Source: an uncultured Gemmatimonadaceae bacterium (GTDB lineage: Bacteria > Gemmatimonadota > Gemmatimonadetes > Gemmatimonadales > Gemmatimonadaceae). Taken from it: a stretch of DNA of 64,000 nt. The DNA is taken from the NCBI GenBank assembly GCA_963822945.1, contig CAWGJO010000033.1, positions 32,001 to 96,000 on the forward strand, read 5' to 3'. The position numbers and the translations under genes were made by a program. Below are positions 61,805 to 64,000 of this stretch, one piece after another; within the stretch, counting starts at the first letter, position 1; each line of letters opens with the position of its first letter. The notes beneath the pieces are model-generated. The model searched no databases. It saw only the letters and a list, made by a program, of their open reading frames with translations, and was not told the DNA's origin.

Positions 61805-64000
61805 CCGCGGCTCCCGACCGTCTCGCCACGGCGCTCGCCGACCGCTACCGCATCGAGCGCGAACTGGGGCAGGGCGGGATGGCCACCGTGTATCTGGCCG
61901 AGGATCTGAAGCACGACCGCAAGGTGGCGCTGAAGGTCCTGCGTCCGGAGCTCGCCGCCGTCATCGGCGCCGAGCGGTTCCTGAGCGAGATCAAGACCAC
62001 CGCCAACCTCCAGCACCCGCACATCCTGCCGCTGTTCGATTCCGGCGAGGCGGGCGGGTTCCTGTTCTACGTGATGCCGTACGTGGAAGGCGAAACGGTG
62101 CGCGACCGGTTGAATCGCGAGAAGCAACTTCCGATCGCCGACGCGGTGCGCATCACCACCGAAGTGGCGAGCGCGCTGGACTACGCGCACCGGCACGGCG
62201 TGATCCACCGCGACATCAAGCCGGAGAACATCCTGCTGCACGACGGGAGCGCGCTGGTGGCCGACTTCGGCATCGCGCTGGCCGTGAGCACCGCCGGCAC
62301 GCGGATGACCGAGACCGGGATGAGCCTCGGCACGCCGCACTACATGAGTCCCGAGCAGGCGATGGGAGAGCGCGAGATCACGGCGCGCTCCGACGTGTAC
62401 GCGCTGGGGTGCGTGTTGTACGAGATGCTCACCGGCGACCCGCCGTTCACGGGGAGCACGGCGCAGGCCATCGTGGCGCGCGTGGTGACGGAAACACCGC
62501 GTCCGCTCACGCTGCAGCGGCACACGATTCCGCCGCACGTCGAAGCGGCGGTGTTGACGGCGCTGGAGAAGCTGCCAGCCGACCGGTATGCGAGCGCCGC
62601 CGAATTTGCCGAAGCGCTGGCCCGGCCCGAGTTGATGGCGGCGACCACTGCCGGCCGCGCGGCAGCGCGGCCGGCGGCGCGCGCATCCCGTCCCCTGCTC
62701 ATCGGCTTGGTCGCCGCACTCGTGCTGACGGCCGGCGCCGCGGCGTGGGGATGGCTCGCGTATCGCCGGTCCGTCAACCAGCCGGCGTCGTGGCAGTACG
62801 TCACACTCGGCGACAGCGCGCGCGTGAATTCGGCGATCAACGCGCAGATCCTCGCCCTGTCGCCCGACGGGAATACGCTCGCGTTTCGCAACGAGGCCGC
62901 GGGAGGCGCGCTCTGGATCAAGCGGCGCGGGCAGCTCGATCCGGTGCCCCTGCCGGGCACGGACAATGCGTGGAACCCGGTGTTCTCCCCCGACGGCAAG
63001 TCGATCGCGTTCATCGCCGACCAGAAGCTGAAGCGCGTCGATCTGGCCGGCGGAGCGCCGGTGACGCTGGCCGATACCGCGGCGGGCGGCTACGGAGGCG
63101 TCGCGTGGATGGATGATGGGACGTTGATCTATTCCATGCCGTCGCAGGTGGATCTACGACGCGTCTCGGCGTCTGGCGGCGCGATCTCGGAAGTGCTCCA
63201 TGACGACTCGAAGAGTGGCGGCGGCATCGGCTTTCCCGTGGCGCTTCCGCACTCGCGGGGCGTGCTCTTCCAGTACTGCGGTTCCGGATGCGTCACGATC
63301 GGCATCCGCGTACTCGATCTGAAGACCGGGCAACAGAAGACGTTGCTCGACAACGTCGTGTCGGCCTGGTATCTCCCCCTCGGCTTCCTGCTCTACATCC
63401 GACCTGACGGCACCGCGCTCGCGGCGCCGTTCGACCTCAAGACGCTCACCATCACCGGCGCCGCCGTACCCGTGCTGGACCACGTGTTGGTGCAGGTCTC
63501 CAACGGCGTGGTGCCGTTTGCGTGGTCGGCGTCGGGTTCCGCGGTCTATCTTCCCGGCAGCGGCGTGGCGAGCCTCATGCGCGTCGTCCGCGTGACGCGG
63601 GACGGCGTTGCCACCCCGCTCGATACGTCGTGGGTGGGACACGTCAACTCGATGGCCGAATCGCCCGACGGCCGCCGGCTGGCCGTGGGGGACGGCGATC
63701 CGACCAGCCTCAACATCTGGATCAAGCAACTCGACGGCGGGCCGTACTCGCGGCTGAGCTTCGGCAATCAAGACCGTCGCCCCGTGTGGTCACCGGACGG
63801 CAGCGCGATCGCGTTCATCCGCGATACGGGGGCCACCGGGGGCGTGTTCGAGCGGCCGGCGAACGGCACCGGGGGCGACCGCCTGGTCGCCCGCCTGGGC
63901 GTGCGGGTGCAGGAGGTGTTCTGGACGCACGACGGCAAGTGGCTGGTGTTGCGCACCGACAACGCCGGCCCGGGCGCCGGCGACCTGATCGGCGTGCGGA
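61801..64000 (+). CDS. Second Ser/Thr kinase-TolB propeller paralog, 3'-truncated by the window edge
   Basis: ATG overlaps the previous TGA; LGQGGMATVY, HRDIKPEN, DFG, GTPHYMSPEQ, SPDG repeats; frame open to the window end and therefore absent from the ORF track. Confidence 0.93.
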   Translation, partial: MTAAPDRLATALADRYRIERELGQGGMATVYLAEDLKHDRKVALKVLRPELAAVIGAERFLSEIKTTANLQHPHILPLFDSGEAGGFLFYVMPYVEGETVRDRLNREKQLPIADAVRITTEVASALDYAHRHGVIHRDIKPENILLHDGSALVADFGIALAVSTAGTRMTETGMSLGTPHYMSPEQAMGEREITARSDVYALGCVLYEMLTGDPPFTGSTAQAIVARVVTETPRPLTLQRHTIPPHVEAAVLTALEKLPADRYASAAEFAEALARPELMAATTAGRAAARPAARASRPLLIGLVAALVLTAGAAAWGWLAYRRSVNQPASWQYVTLGDSARVNSAINAQILALSPDGNTLAFRNEAAGGALWIKRRGQLDPVPLPGTDNAWNPVFSPDGKSIAFIADQKLKRVDLAGGAPVTLADTAAGGYGGVAWMDDGTLIYSMPSQVDLRRVSASGGAISEVLHDDSKSGGGIGFPVALPHSRGVLFQYCGSGCVTIGIRVLDLKTGQQKTLLDNVVSAWYLPLGFLLYIRPDGTALAAPFDLKTLTITGAAVPVLDHVLVQVSNGVVPFAWSASGSAVYLPGSGVASLMRVVRVTRDGVATPLDTSWVGHVNSMAESPDGRRLAVGDGDPTSLNIWIKQLDGGPYSRLSFGNQDRRPVWSPDGSAIAFIRDTGATGGVFERPANGTGGDRLVARLGVRVQEVFWTHDGKWLVLRTDNAGPGAGDLIGVR

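Noticed and set aside
59078..64000. Diversity-generating retroelement TR/VR pair suggested by the near-duplicate sequence
   Set aside because: The similarity covers whole kinase domains of two full genes, there is no evident adenine-specific pattern, and no reverse transcriptase is in the window

Overview
High-GC bacterial genomic window. The gene content points to a Gemmatimonadota-like organism (inference): ADOP-type orphan permeases with PadR, tandem Ser/Thr kinase-TolB propeller proteins, and many secreted peptidases. About 50 CDSs are present: peptidases (M28 x2, M1, M14, M20, M24/map, CPBP), glycosidases (GH18, GH35), transport (RND, MFS, MscS, VIT, aquaporin, ADOP x2), ppsA/ppsR, a Phd-VapC toxin-antitoxin pair and signalling proteins. 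At least eight genes carry short indels that look like long-read errors. No rRNA, tRNA or CRISPR array was seen. The most notable signal is non-coding. (1) Two GxxExxY putative PD-(D/E)XK nuclease genes (4692-5102, 54393-54806) each sit inside a 630-680 bp unit bounded by long inverted arms built from ACGGA-core 9-10 nt repeats, with the same orientation relative to the gene in both units. Homologous arms also occur without a gene (5231-5325 and a doublet at 30380-30530). This resembles the RAYT/REPIN architecture but with a different enzyme. (2) Eight intergenic arrays keep a strict 8-nt register (GACAGTCG and variants); six start 0-12 nt after a stop codon in the sense orientation.
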